From NCBI GenBank assembly GCA_964547485.1, contig CAZJNU010000002.1, forward strand, positions 33,771 to 97,770: DNA of 64,000 bases, written 5' to 3'. How positions within the stretch are numbered: position 1 is the first letter of the stretch; every line of letters starts with the position of its first letter. The position numbers and the translations under genes are program-made. Below are positions 39,901-50,100 of the stretch, piece by piece. This DNA comes from an uncultured Actinomycetes bacterium (GTDB lineage: Bacteria > Actinomycetota > Actinomycetes > S36-B12 > UBA10799). The notes under the pieces are model-generated. The model made no database searches, was not told the origin of the DNA, and worked only from the letters and a program-made list of their open reading frames with translations.

Positions 39901-40031
39901 CTGCTCGGCGGATTGCCGCCGAGCACCCTGTTCAGCCCGCCCAATCCGAGCAGCACGACAATCCAGATGATCACCACCAGCCAGGCGTGCTCGGCACACC
40001 ATCGCGAGAGCCGGTAGAGAAATGTGGTCAC
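36969..40031 (-). CDS. MMPL/RND-family transporter with about 280-aa C-terminal extension
   Basis: 1,020 aa with a two-fold MMPL body (GIDYALFLVTRH and GLSMDYEVFLLTAFRE). The canonical end lies near ...TWWLPGWLDRLLP (about aa 730). Six further hydrophobic segments and a Pro-rich tail follow (nt 36972-37814). Confidence 0.88.
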   Translation of the reverse strand: MTTFLYRLSRWCAEHAWLVVIIWIVVLLGLGGLNRVLGGNPPSSYVLSGTDSAAAQQLLGQAFPGSAADASPILLHNDALDFGAGPGAKQVNSVRDALQQNSSVTVVTTPKDVPGQLSADHHTAMINVTVNERDAAKVEVGQELLATAEKQTEGTATQVALGGFLGRQVSSPSTHESEILGLLAAVLVLFFTLRRFLATIIPLANAILAVGIGLSIVHLLNRIVFIPDVAPTLGTMLGLGVGIDYALFLVTRHRQLLRRGFSVPDAVGRTSGTAGAGMIFAGCTLIAAVCGLALTGLSFLAWLGYAAAIVVAVAVLASVTFVPAMLGLSGHRVMRKADRGADTGDSGELDRTRWAKLANAVTARPWLFAVGSTLVLLLMAAPTLTLTLGHTDASILPKDTTARQAYDLTSEAFGPGATAPLAIVTSMYAPAEAPAADNPDQPATTNADSTGGDPRTKDPRLVALRASLLATPGIVAADPAVVSTDGGVSIIRVTPEWSGADPRTEELVKQLRTEVLPAAEAGQGMSAHVGGVTAATTDLSELIAQRTPWFILGVVSLSFVLLMVAYRSLLIPFKAALMNLISIAAAYGVVTAVFQWGWGAEAIGLEGPIPIESYVPMMMFAVLFGLSMDYEVFLLTAFREHWERTGDMTVSVRRGLADTGKVVTSAALIMCVVFGSFVLSDNAIVKMFGIGLATAVFVDATIVRCLLVPAIMVLAQKGTWWLPGWLDRLLPQMHVEGDPAALDAVAIMAESTEPRGRRSPRAPALWAAVGVVAACASAFVIAGPEAALLPAAALSAVCGGLIAVLPLKRREVDWGALPRALSFVAGAALMAFVAGIVSAAGAPDRTNGWLLAWSVAITGVLILVAGARSIWIPAAFGGIALVVARMAVVPDAVAALSGQGVGVSQILSAALLPGLLALLVATVGRTFSADRRRGHRGSPTSAAPPVLPPAAPQASTSVALRPAVGATSSRLSSVGLAEPSEGPPPTGDPYQRFRPPPDSAGGEGENVGGEPSGDSVGGRS

Positions 40032-40146
40032 GCCCGGAATCGTCGCACATCAAGGGCCACCCGCGACGGCCGTTCACAACCCCCCGTCCAACAACGCCGC
40101 TAGGCTGGGTGACAGGGGTAAGTGAAATCGTGAAGAGGAGTGGACA

Positions 40147-40698
40147 GTGCCGTTCTTCCTGGCACCGCTGGTGCTTCTGGTCATCGGTTGGGGAATTCAC
40201 GTTCTGCTGGACCGAAAGCCGAACCGTCGAACGGGACATCGGGTCGTCGAACTTGCGCTGCTTTGGGTGATGGTCTGGCTGGGCGCGTGGGCTCTGTTCG
40301 GCGGCCTGCTACACCTCGGACCTACCGCTGGCGCGATCGCCGAGAGCATCGGCTACGCCCCATCGATGTTCCAATGGGAGGTCGGCTGGGCTGATATCGC
40401 GATTGGGGTGCTGGGCGTTGGTTGCGCCTGGAAGGCCCGTCGGGACGGCTGGCTCACCGCGGCGGTAGTGGTGCTCGCCATCTCCTATTGGGGCGACGCA
40501 ATCGGACACATAATGCAGTACTACGCCCATGACAACACGGCCACCAGCAATGTCTGGGCAATCCCGTCTGACATCCTTCAGCCATTGCTGGCGATTATCC
40601 TGCTGGTCGCCTACCGCCGTGGCGAGCGCAAGCTGGCCGCCCAAGCCGACCCGGCAGCAGGGTCACCGACCTCGGCAACCACAACGCCCGCCCTGTGA
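40147..40698 (+). CDS. Integral membrane protein of unknown function
   Basis: 183 aa. GTG start follows GAAGAGGAG. It has about five hydrophobic segments (MPFFLAPLVLLVIGWGIHVLL...). Confidence 0.6.
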   Translation: MPFFLAPLVLLVIGWGIHVLLDRKPNRRTGHRVVELALLWVMVWLGAWALFGGLLHLGPTAGAIAESIGYAPSMFQWEVGWADIAIGVLGVGCAWKARRDGWLTAAVVVLAISYWGDAIGHIMQYYAHDNTATSNVWAIPSDILQPLLAIILLVAYRRGERKLAAQADPAAGSPTSATTTPAL

Positions 40699-40728
40699 TC
40701 CGCAGTCGGTCCGCCGCCGACGAGCGGG

Positions 40729-42240
40729 TCAGTCCAGGTAGTCGCGGAGCACTTGGGAACGACTGGGGTGGCGCAGTTTCGACATCGTCTTGGACTCGAT
40801 CTGGCGGATCCGCTCCCGGGTGACTCCGTAGACCTTGCCTATCTCGTCCAACGTCTTGGGCTGTCCGTCGGTCAAACCGAACCGCATTTTCACGACGCCG
40901 GCCTCTCGTTCACTCAAGGTCTCCAACACGCCCTGCAACTGCTCCTGCAGCAGCGTGAAACTCACCGCGTCGGCGGGCACGATCGCCTCAGAGTCCTCGA
41001 TCAGATCACCGAACTCGCTGTCGCCATCTTCACCCAGCGGCGTGTGCAGGGAGATGGGTTCCCGGCCGTACTTCTGTACCTCGATGACCTTTTCCGGGGT
41101 CATGTCGAGTTCCTTGGCCAGCTCCTCAGGAGTGGCGTCCCGACCTAGGTCCTGGGTCATCTGCCGCTGGACTCGGGCGAGTTTGTTAATCACCTCAACC
41201 ATGTGCACCGGGATCCGGATGGTTCTGGCCTGATCAGCCATCGCCCGGGTGATCGCCTGCCTGATCCACCAGGTGGCGTAGGTGGAGAACTTGTAACCCT
41301 TGGTGTAATCGAACTTCTCGACCGCCCGGATGAGGCCCAGGTTCCCCTCCTGGATCAGGTCCAAGAAGAGCATGCCGCGCCCGGTGTAGCGCTTGGCCAG
41401 CGACACCACCAATCGCAGGTTGGCCTCCAGCAGGTGCCGCTTGGCCGCGTGACCGTCTGCGGCGATCCACTCAAGGTCCAGCCGCATCTCGTTATCGTCG
41501 ACGCCAGCAGCCAACTTCTCCTCGGCAAAGAGACCGGCCTCAATTCGCTTGGCGAGTTCCACCTCCATTTCGGCGTTCAGCAGGGGCACTCGTCCGATCT
41601 GCTTCAGGTAATCCTTGACTGGGTCCGCGGTGGCGCCTGCCTGGTGCACCTGCTGCACGGGCTCATCGGTGTCGTCGACGTCGGAGATGACCAACTCCTC
41701 GGTCCCCTCGGCCTCCGCCGCCTTCGGCTTGACCGGTTCGGCAACGACGACCTCCTTGAGATCCTCAGCCAACTCCTCCTCGAGTTGCTCCTCCAGCACC
41801 GCCGCGGCGGCGAGGTCGACGACCACAACCCCCTCCGTTTCGACGACCTCCAGCACCACATCCTCCGACCCCGCGGCCGCAGTCGCGACCGTCAGGTTGC
41901 CCGTCGTCGCCTTCGCCGACGCCTTCTTGGCAGTCGGTGACTTAGCCGAGGCTTTCTTGGTTGCGGTCGACTTCTTGGCCGGAGACTTCTTAGTGGCGGT
42001 CGACTTCGCGGCCGGGGCCTTCTTGGTGGCGGTCGACTTCGCGGCCGGGGCCTTCTTGACCGGAGCTTTCTTGGCCGCGCCCGCCTTTGCGGCCGGGGCC
42101 TTCTTGGCGGTCGCCTTCTTGGTTGCGGCCCCCTTGGTGGCCGCCTTCCCAGCCGCAGGCGCCTTCTTCGCGGCGGCCGCCTTGCCCGTGGGCGTGGTAG
42201 TGGTCGAGGGACTGGTGGCTGACCTCTTGCTGCTGGGCAC
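40729..42240 (-). CDS. rpoD: Principal RNA polymerase sigma factor (RpoD/HrdB/SigA) with Lys/Ala/Pro-rich N-terminal tail
   Basis: Region 2 is [30 protein letters not shown]. Region 4.2 is [31 protein letters not shown] place the start at GTG 42240, which follows GGAAGG. The ORF-track ATG 42360 adds 40 non-protein-like residues. Confidence 0.93.
   Translation of the reverse strand: MPSSKRSATSPSTTTTPTGKAAAAKKAPAAGKAATKGAATKKATAKKAPAAKAGAAKKAPVKKAPAAKSTATKKAPAAKSTATKKSPAKKSTATKKASAKSPTAKKASAKATTGNLTVATAAAGSEDVVLEVVETEGVVVVDLAAAAVLEEQLEEELAEDLKEVVVAEPVKPKAAEAEGTEELVISDVDDTDEPVQQVHQAGATADPVKDYLKQIGRVPLLNAEMEVELAKRIEAGLFAEEKLAAGVDDNEMRLDLEWIAADGHAAKRHLLEANLRLVVSLAKRYTGRGMLFLDLIQEGNLGLIRAVEKFDYTKGYKFSTYATWWIRQAITRAMADQARTIRIPVHMVEVINKLARVQRQMTQDLGRDATPEELAKELDMTPEKVIEVQKYGREPISLHTPLGEDGDSEFGDLIEDSEAIVPADAVSFTLLQEQLQGVLETLSEREAGVVKMRFGLTDGQPKTLDEIGKVYGVTRERIRQIESKTMSKLRHPSRSQVLRDYLD
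41961..42059 (-). repeat. Three tandem 33-bp units (two identical except the last base) encoding [11 protein letters not shown] inside the sigma-factor N-terminal tail
   Basis: 41994-42026 and 42027-42059 are identical except the last base. 41961-41993 is a diverged third copy. Together they encode [33 protein letters not shown]. Confidence 0.9.
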
Positions 42241-42493
42241 TGACGACCTTCCGTACGAGAGTGGCGGATTCCTGTCCGGTGTGGCGGAATCCGTACGTGA
42301 TCTGCACTGGGCGCCCAGTGCACCTGTGACAGAAGTCAATGCAGGATGAAGCGGATGCATTGGCAGATCGATACAGTCAACATTGCTCTGGGCATGACGA
42401 AGGACGAGCTGTCAAGGCTGTCCCACTGCTACAACGATGTCACATCCCCGGGTATTCCGTGGCGACTGACCCACCTGAATCGCCACGGGGCTG

Positions 42494-43519
42494 CTATTCC
42501 AGCTGTCGGCCGGGTTCCCGGTCAACCTGTCCGGTCTCGCCATCTCGCCACAAAATCAGGGCAACCGCGGCCAATACCATCACCATCCCGACCACCTGAA
42601 ACGGCGCCACCCGCTCCGCAAGCACCAGTGCCCCCAGCACAACCGCGAGCACCGGCTCCAGGGTTGCCACCACGGACGCATGGGACGCGCTCAGATGACT
42701 CAGTCCGGCGCTGAGCAGACCGAATGCGGCCACCGTCGAAACCACGGCCATCGCAACCGCAACTCCGTAGCTGGCCGGGTCCGACGGGCCGGCAGCCCCC
42801 GTCAAGAGCGCAACCACGCCAAAGGATGCTGCTGCGCCACTCACAATCAACGTCGTCGCGCGCAGACTTCCCACTCGTTGCACCAGGTTGGCGGCGATCA
42901 GCACGTAGGCGGCATAGCAGACAGAGGCGCCCAGCAGCATCGCAATACCGGCCAGCGTGCGGTCGTCTACCTGACTGCCGCTGGTGTAGGCACCGATCGT
43001 CAGGGCGGCACCCGCGACGGCGACGGCGGTGCAGACCAACGTGACGATCGAGGGCACTCGCCTTCTTCCCACCGCGACCGCCACCACCACCCACGCCGGA
43101 AACAGGAATAGCAGCACCTCTGCCAGCCCCGCACTGATGTACTGCAGGCCAAGAAAATACAGAGCTACCTCGAAAGCCAGCAGTAGGCCACCCAACAACA
43201 GCAGGCCCAGCGATTCCCGCGGCAAGGGCAGCATGGCAACGGATGTCACCCGGCTCCGGACCGCGAGCAACAGCCACAGCAACGCTGCGGCAATCAGAAA
43301 CCGCCACGCCAGCAATGCAAATGGGGCAACGCCGTGCGCGTAGGCGGTCTTGCCCAAAATTGGCATTACCGCAAATCCCAAGGCGGAGCCGGCGACCAGC
43401 ACTGCACCTAGGGCGCTCTGCCCCCTCGTACTCGCGACCTCTCGGGGCGGGTCGACGACTGGCTGCCGGAAGTCGCTACTCGTGGCTTGCCCTGACAACG
43501 AGGACCGGACACGGCGCAT
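42494..43519 (-). CDS. EamA/DMT-family transporter
   Basis: 341 aa with ten hydrophobic segments in two EamA halves. The start is uncertain. The ORF-track start overlaps the USP gene by 44 nt, and an internal GTG near 43438 would avoid this. Confidence 0.8.
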   Translation of the reverse strand: MRRVRSSLSGQATSSDFRQPVVDPPREVASTRGQSALGAVLVAGSALGFAVMPILGKTAYAHGVAPFALLAWRFLIAAALLWLLLAVRSRVTSVAMLPLPRESLGLLLLGGLLLAFEVALYFLGLQYISAGLAEVLLFLFPAWVVVAVAVGRRRVPSIVTLVCTAVAVAGAALTIGAYTSGSQVDDRTLAGIAMLLGASVCYAAYVLIAANLVQRVGSLRATTLIVSGAAASFGVVALLTGAAGPSDPASYGVAVAMAVVSTVAAFGLLSAGLSHLSASHASVVATLEPVLAVVLGALVLAERVAPFQVVGMVMVLAAVALILWRDGETGQVDREPGRQLE

Positions 43520-43883
43520 GCATCAATACCCGCTGGAGCTGGCTTCCCAGGATGAGTTTGCCGACCGGTGAACGCTGCGGATTACCCAAAACGATCAGCT
43601 CAGCCGAATATTCGCCGACCATCTCCAGCAGATCCTCGGCAGGCTCCTTCCCCCGCACCAGGTTTCGGATTTGGAACGGGACGCCGTGGGCGTCGAGGTC
43701 GTCCTTCACCTCGGTCAGGGCGCTCTTCAGGGCCACCGCTTCGCCCCCGTCGAGCATCACCCCGCCGCGACTGGAGTGCACCACGATCAACTGGGCAGCT
43801 CTGGTCTTAGCCTCCTGGGAGGCGGCCCGCAGCGCCGCGTTGCCCTCGGGTGTGTCCAGATATCCCACGATCACGGTATTCAT
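43476..43883 (-). CDS. Universal stress protein (UspA family)
   Basis: 135 aa: MNTVIVGYLDTPEG...LIVLGNPQRSPVGKLILGSQLQRVLMHAPCPVLVV. Confidence 0.88.
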   Translation of the reverse strand: MNTVIVGYLDTPEGNAALRAASQEAKTRAAQLIVVHSSRGGVMLDGGEAVALKSALTEVKDDLDAHGVPFQIRNLVRGKEPAEDLLEMVGEYSAELIVLGNPQRSPVGKLILGSQLQRVLMHAPCPVLVVRASHE

Positions 43884-44047
43884 GGACCTAAGAATAGTCG
43901 GCAGACCGGACCCGAATCAGCATCGAATGCCGCCTGTGTCGGCCTACCAGCCCCATCGCCCGGTGACCCTGGGCAATCGGAATTCCGCGCCACTAGTACC
44001 AATGGCCGCCACCAGTGGTCCGTCCGGACATTGGACACCATCTGCAA

Positions 44048-44076
44048 TGGCCATACTCCTCACCCCTATGCATAAT
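44048..44076 (+). promoter_or_regulatory. Candidate sigma-70-type promoter for the giant-protein operon
   Basis: TGGCCA (44048-44053), a 17-bp spacer, then CATAAT (44071-44076). It lies inside the only AT-rich patch of the 284-bp intergenic region (tatgcataataaacatg, 44067-44083). Confidence 0.3.
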
Positions 44077-44129
44077 AAACATGCCTGTTCACTCTTCTGT
44101 GGTCAGCCGCCCGGATGGGGCGAGACAAG

Positions 44130-44145
44130 GGTTGCCAAGGCAACC
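44130..44145. promoter_or_regulatory. Perfect 7-2-7 inverted repeat GGTTGCC-AA-GGCAACC just upstream of the RBS of the first giant gene
   Basis: Read directly from the sequence. It lies 10 nt upstream of GGAGGA (44155-44160) and 23 nt upstream of ATG 44168. Confidence 0.4.
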
Positions 44146-44167
44146 GGTGCGCGTGGAGGAGTGACTA

Positions 44168-47100
44168 ATGCCAGCAATGGTTCAGCGTGGGGTCGTCCGG
44201 GTGTTGGCCACCTGCTTGGCGACGGTAGTCGGCGCTACCGGGGCGATCGGGCAGGCTCAGTCGGCCATCGCGAGCACGGCGCGCTCAGCTGAACTGCCAG
44301 AGGTACCGGCGCGACTGGGTTCGGCCAAGTGGGGCGAGAATGCCGCCGGACTAGGTGGTGGTCCCGCCGCCCATTGGCGAGTGTCGGTCACGCCAGGCGG
44401 CACGGCCATCTGGGGCGCCGAAATGACAGCAGGTCTGCACCGAGTCCCAGCGGCGCGACTGGCGTTCACCGGCTTGCCAGCCGGGATGAGCCTCGCAACG
44501 TCGGGCTTGCCGAGAACGGTTGCGGGCAGCGAGGTGAACAAGGTGACGTCCTGCGCCCGCTCACCTGAGCGAACCATCTGCCAGCTAGGTGCACCACTTG
44601 CTTCTGGCAAGTTCGCAGTGTCCGCTGTCGCGGTGACAGCGGACCGCACTGTTCGGGAGGGGGACTACCCGATCTCGGTCGCACTGCTCGACGGCGACAA
44701 CGCGACGGCGGGGTCGACACAGTTCACTGTCCACATCCAGCGCGCTGTCAAGGACGCATTGTTCGTGCATTCCGGCGGCCAGCAACTGTCCGCCTTGGGG
44801 GCTCGGCAGGACCGCCGTATCAATGTGTTCAACCTGGGCGGATCCGAGAGCCGTGGTGCGATCCAACTATCGCTAGGCAACGTACTCCCTGCGCGGATAG
44901 CCAGGAATGTGTCGGCCCGCGGGGCTGGCTGGAACTGCCCGCCCGGACTGGCCGCGACACGCTGCACATACCGCACACCCGCCTTCGCGCCCGGCGATTC
45001 CGCACCGTCGCTGGAACTCAGCTACCGCGTGCCGCCAGCCGCGACAACCGGTCTGAAGCCACTCGACAGCGGGCACCGCTTTCGCTGGCAGATGGCCGTC
45101 ACCGGCGCCGCTCGGGTCCAGCCGACAACTCATGTCGAGACCGAGCACCTGCTGTCCAAGCCGACCACAACTCCCACCCGGCCGGCAAAAGTTGTCACCG
45201 GCCCCGGAAATATGATCGTCAAAGTAAATCATTTGGGACGCTCGCGGCTGGGCGGGATCGGGCTCTACCGGATCGCCGTCAACAACGGGGGCCGCCAGCC
45301 TGTCGTCGGCGCCCAGTTGCGAATCCAACCGCCAGCACACGCCTCGATTCTCCGGTTCGGTTCCGCCGTCGGGTGGCGGTGCTCGACAGCGGGAGTGTGC
45401 ACCCGCACCGGAGTCATCGCCTCGCACCGGGCCCCGCCGCCGATCGAGGTCGTGCTGGCCAGCAATGCCACCTCCAATAGGCAAGCATCCCAGCGACTCG
45501 CAGTGGTGGCATCGTGGGCCGGGGTTCGCGGCACCCGATCCTCGAACAGGGTGACCGCAACGGACTCTTGGGATCCTCTCCTTCAGGTGTCGACGGCCGG
45601 TTCGAGCGCACGGGTCCACGATCGCGCGGCTGCCGGTTCCAAGGGAATGCTCGTGTCTTCGGTCGCCGGGCTGGCGAAACAGAAGTACTCGTTCAATTGG
45701 ACCCAGGTCTGTCCGCCACGGGCGTGCGCCCGGGTCGCCTGGGACCAGACGCCACATGGCACTACTCCTCATCCAGGCAACTCGGTTGCCTTCACTCCAC
45801 CGGCGGTCAGACGGCCCACCGAGTTGAACTTCCAGCTTGTCGTCAAGGCGGCTGGTGCCGAGGTGCGCAGGCAGGTCAAGGTCACAGTATTCCCCTTCAC
45901 CCCAAAGGTCGATGCCCGACTTGGTACCACGAAGTGGCGCGAACCGAAATTCCCGGGTCGTGCCGATCGCTCAGTCCGACAGGGCACCGTGGTGCAACCC
46001 GGGGCCTCGCTTGTCATCAATGGCGCGGGTCGTACGTTCGCCCGGCCGGGGGACCGGGTCACGCTCCGAGTGGCAGTGCCCGGCCCTGCGGGTAACGCCC
46101 GTGATTTGCGGATCGCCTGGCGCGGGCATGGCGAGGCAAGTTCGCTGCTGGCTGGAGCCAAGGCGACCGACCGTGGCCGGCAACTCACCTTCATCCTGCC
46201 CCGCGGTCTGACACGCTCAGTTGTCCTCTCCGCCATCGCCAAGACGGGCAACCGGACCATCGCCGGGGGGTCAGAGATGATTGTCCCGAAATTGCCGCGG
46301 CCGAAACCGGCGACACTTTCCGCGGCCACCGCGAAACCCACCTCGCCTGCGGGGGCGACGTCGGCGTCTAAAGCCCGCAACCGCACCGCTGCCGCCAGCC
46401 CCAGTACGACCGCATTCTGCGCGATGTACACCGCGGCCAGGGCAGCCAACCTGCCATCAGTGCAGTTCGCGTCCGCAAACCTGACTCTGGGTACGGTCTC
46501 CGTCAGCGGTACCACCTGCACTGCGGCCGGCGCCACCATCACCTTCTCCGGAGGTCAGGCCCAGGCCGGCGGTATCGGACTCACCCAACTCGCCGGCACG
46601 ATCACGGCATCCGGGCTCACCGTCAACTCAGGCGTTCTGCAGCTACCGCAGGATCCGGCCGTGCCGGCCGGGCTGACGACCATTCCGTTCTCTAGCGGCA
46701 CGGGCGGGTTGGCGGCATTCGTCATCCCATTCGCCGGGAGCACGTTGGGCAGCCTGACCGGCACCATCAGTCTGTCGACGCTGCCGTACCTGCCGCTGCC
46801 GAAGGGCTGGGCGTTGACGAACCAGGCACCGCAGCTGTCGCAGTTGATCGTGATTCCAGCGCCGGGGGGCAGCGGCTATGCCGCGCAACTCACCGCGTAC
46901 GCCACCGGCCCCGACCAGGGGTCGGCCGCCGTCACCGGTCAGGTCAACACCGATGGCAGTTTCAACCTGTATGTCAGCGGCGCCAACATGTGGCCACTGA
47001 CCGGGTCCGACGGCTCCACCGCAGTCTTCAGCGGCGCCGGCACCGTCTCCCGCGCCGTAGGTCAAGGAGTCGCCTACGACGCCTCGATGGAGATGGTCAC

Positions 47101-50100
47101 CAAGCATGCGGCCTTCCCCCTGTACGGCGGCTTCTCGCTGCAGAATGCCAGCCTCACCTGGACAAACAGCGGACTGGCCGCAAATGCCACCGGGATCGCC
47201 GTGATCGGCGGCCAGAACCACAACTTCTCCGTCACCGGCCAGCTCACCGATTTCCACAACTGGTCGCTGACGGTGCAATCCAGCGAAAGCATCGCGCTGA
47301 CCTACCTGAACCTGGACAATCTCGGCGGGTCGATCTCGATGACCAAGGTTGGCCGCAACCCGAGCGTGCTGGCGATCGACGTCTTCGGCCAGGCAGTGAT
47401 CGGTCCGGCCACCCTGACCAAACTCGGCCTGACCGTCAACACCGCCACCGGGCACGTCGGCATCTACTGCAACAACGTCGCGCAACTCCCGCAGAACGCC
47501 CGGGATGCCTGCCAGAACAAGACGCTGCAACTGCAGTTGGATGTCACCGGATCTGCCACCTTGTTCGGCAAGGTCCTACCGATCGACGCCACCGCCAACG
47601 CTAATATCACCGACGGGTCGTTCAACCTGCAAGCCGCGATCCAGAACACCGCGTTCGGGCCCAAGACCCTGAACCTCTCGGATATCACGTTCTTCGCGAC
47701 CGACAACGCCCAGAACGCACCCGAACTGGTCGGAAATCCCTGCATGAGCGACCCGTCGCTGGCAAATCGCAACAACATCTTCGGGTTCACAGCGACCTAC
47801 AATGCCGGCAACGGGTTCACCGGAACCGCCACCGGCGTCTACAACACAAGTTTCCCCGACGCCGCAGATAACACCGGCTATTGCCTGTCCGCCGCAGTCG
47901 CGCAGGGCCAGGCGAACACCGAGATTCCCGGCTCGATGGGCAGTTTCAGCAATGACACCACGTTCATCTACTCGTCCTACCCGACGACCGTCACCATCAA
48001 CAACACCCAAACCATCGTCAACCCGCAACAGGCCACGGTGCTCGGCAATTTCACCTTGCCAGCCGCGGTGCAAAACTTCCTCAGCACCCCGCAGATGGAC
48101 AACGTGCTCGCGGAACTGACGCTGGGCGGGGCGACCTCCTCAGCCAGCCTGACGGCGAGCCTGCCGGAGACGAGCTACATCGTCGGTGATGCCACCTCCG
48201 CCACCAGCCTGCAGATGCAGAGCGCGGGGGTGGTCGTGGGCAAGGTCAACGGTGCGTGGAGTTTCGGCGTCAACCTGGCCGCGCAACTCAAGACACCGGG
48301 CTCACCAGGGACCGACCCGACCAGCACTACCGCGACGGTCCAGAACGCCGTGGCGCCGGGCACGGTACCGGTCAGCGGCAGTCTGATGTACGCCCCCTCG
48401 TCCGGTGCGATCACGATGTCTGCGGAGATCGGCAACGGCACGGTCATCAATGACGCCTTCGGCTTTGACGGATTTGACCTCGAGGCGTTCAAGGTGATGG
48501 CGTCCGTCGGCGGGGAGCCCAAGGACGACTTCGTCGGCGTCAGCGCCAATGTGCTGACCCCGGACAACAACAGTTCCACCTTCGGCAAGATCACCGAGGA
48601 CATCGGCCTGCAGCCCAACACCGACATCAGTTTCGCATTCCAGTTGTCCGAGACCTCGCCCTGCTACGCCATCCAGATCGGCAACCCGAACCCTGCCCAG
48701 CAGACGCTCGCGATCAGTTGGTTCGACGTAATTGAAGCGAATTTCGTGCAAATGTACTTCGCGCCGAACGGCTGCGCGGTAGAGACCACCGCATTGCCGA
48801 GTTCGGGCTACGCGTTCGACTTTGACGGCGCGATCCTGGGCACGCCGACGAAGATCAATGGCGAGTTCTCCACCGGACCAGGCGCCCTGTTCAGTGGTTC
48901 GTTGACCATCAACGTCGGGTCATTCTCACTTGCCGGTATCGATGTCCAGAACACCGTCATCGATCTGACCTTCGCCGACTACCCGACCCAGAAGTTCGAC
49001 CTGCAGTTCAGTGGCGGCATCAATATCTGGGGGGCCATCCAAATCCAGGCCTCCGGAGACATCGACATCGAGGCGGGTACCGCTCCCGGCGTCGGGAACG
49101 CGCACGCAAAGGTCAGACTCAACGCCACCCAGAATGAAGACCTCTTCGGAATCTTCACCGAGAACATCGCGTTCGGCTTCGAATGTGACTGGGAGATGCC
49201 TGACAACGCCGCGCCCTACTTTGGTTCGTTGGACATGTCGCTCAGCGCCAGCGTAAAAGTGTTGGTATTCACCGGATCGGCCAGTGCCTGGTTCGACTAC
49301 GGCCCGATGATGGTCAATGGCGCCTCCCAGAACATCGTCACCTCGATGGGCGCCTCCTTCAGCGCTGGGATAAACCTGTGGATCGCGGGGATCACCGCCA
49401 ATGTCACGTTGTGCTACGTCCGCCCGTCCAACCAACAGGCCGACTGCAGCCAGCCGATCGTCCCCGTCTCCGGGACTCCGGTGGCCACCGGATCCGATGG
49501 AGAGTTGCATGTGAATGTCTCCGGCACGTTGCACTGGTGGTTGTTCGGCGAGCACTCCGAGACCATCAACATCCTGGCAACGACAATCCCGATCCACTTC
49601 GCCAATCCTCAATATGCGGCGCCCGCACCTGCCCAATATGCCCCGCCGGCGGCGCCGCAGAACACCTGGCCGAACCCGTCTTGGCAGTACTCGACCAACA
49701 TGTACCTGAACGTGCCGTGGGACCCGAACGAACTCGCCAACGCGGCCGGCGGGTCTGGCGCTGCGGTTTCCGTCGACCCGGGCCATCTGGCCGACACCTT
49801 GGGTGTCGCCACCGACCCGACCACGGTTCCGGCCCCCGTGTTCGACCCGCAGGGAACCGTCACCCTTGGCAACAGCACGGACGGTTCCGACAGCGCCAGC
49901 ACAGTCACCGGCAACGTTCCGCTGCCCGCCACGCCGACCTACCAGCAACTAGTGGCGGACTATCAGCAGTACGTCGGCCCGAATCTTCCTGCCAATCTGA
50001 AATCGCAATCGCACTGCGCAGGGTCTACCTCGAAGTCGTTCTCGGTGGAGGTACCGCAGTGGAATGGCGGCCATCCGGTATCCGCAAGCAATGCGTCATT

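Noticed and set aside
45769-49948. Several 250-340-aa minus-strand ORFs inside giant gene 1 (45769-46542, 46643-47530, 48926-49948)
   Set aside because: All are antisense to one uninterrupted 6.3-kb frame, and their Arg/Gly-rich translations look like shadow ORFs. I found no evidence for nested genes.
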